A DNA stretch of 20,000 bases. Source: Chiloscyllium plagiosum (lineage: Eukaryota). Both the position numbers and the translations under genes were made by a program. The notes beneath the pieces were generated by a model. The model saw only the letters and a list, made by a program, of their open reading frames with translations. It was not told where the DNA came from and did no database searches. Shown here piece by piece: positions 19,764-20,000 of this stretch (its first letter is position 1; every line of letters starts with the position of its first letter). The DNA is taken from contig NC_057751.1 of NCBI RefSeq assembly GCF_004010195.1, positions 2,796,482 through 2,816,481 on the forward strand, given 5' to 3'.

Positions 19764-20000
19764 GCAGCAGAGAGCGGCGGGAGCTGGGCGGAAGTGAAGT
19801 CAGAGCGCAGAGCCGGTTGGGAAGGTAAGTGATTGTTATTGGAGTGGAGAAGGACCCCGAGACACTACACGTGTAGTGTCTCCCACCCTCCCTCCTCCTC
19901 TAACCTAAAAAAAAGGACTCAGTCGGCTGAACAGGTAAGCTACTTAGTGTTCTTGTTTTGGAGACTAAGTGTAGAGTTATGGCAGCACAGGCAGTGGAAT
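19764..20000 (+). mobile_element. 5' end of a second, younger CR1-type LINE (5' UTR and ORF1 start MAAQAVE...)
   Basis: Abrupt switch to CpG-rich sequence. ATG at 19979 reads MAAQAVE, as expected just before the ORF1 CxxC. Runs off the window. Confidence 0.7.
19859..19882. promoter_or_regulatory. Perfect 24-bp palindrome centred on E-box CACGTG
   Basis: GAGACACTACACGTGTAGTGTCTC equals its own reverse complement. Confidence 0.8.

Overview
Eukaryotic, repeat-dominated non-coding DNA. The repeat inventory points to a cartilaginous fish (shark): HE1-type tRNA-derived SINEs, HER1/CR1 LINEs, a Deu-domain SINE, Penelope-like elements and the 33-bp shark minisatellite. No intact host protein-coding gene is recognisable, and almost all listed ORFs are decayed retroelement fragments or repeat artefacts. 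The window holds five HE1-like SINE loci, several CR1 and L2-type LINE fragments, two or three solo LTRs (two with visible 4-bp TSDs), three Penelope-like fragments carrying hammerhead-ribozyme motifs in different states of decay, and a 14-unit minisatellite expanded inside a Deu-SINE. At the right end, an LTR-like leader is fused to a CR1 ORF1 (zinc finger plus SGNH esterase) and interrupted by a second CR1 5' UTR with a perfect 24-bp E-box palindrome. Family names come from recognition by eye and were not checked against a database.
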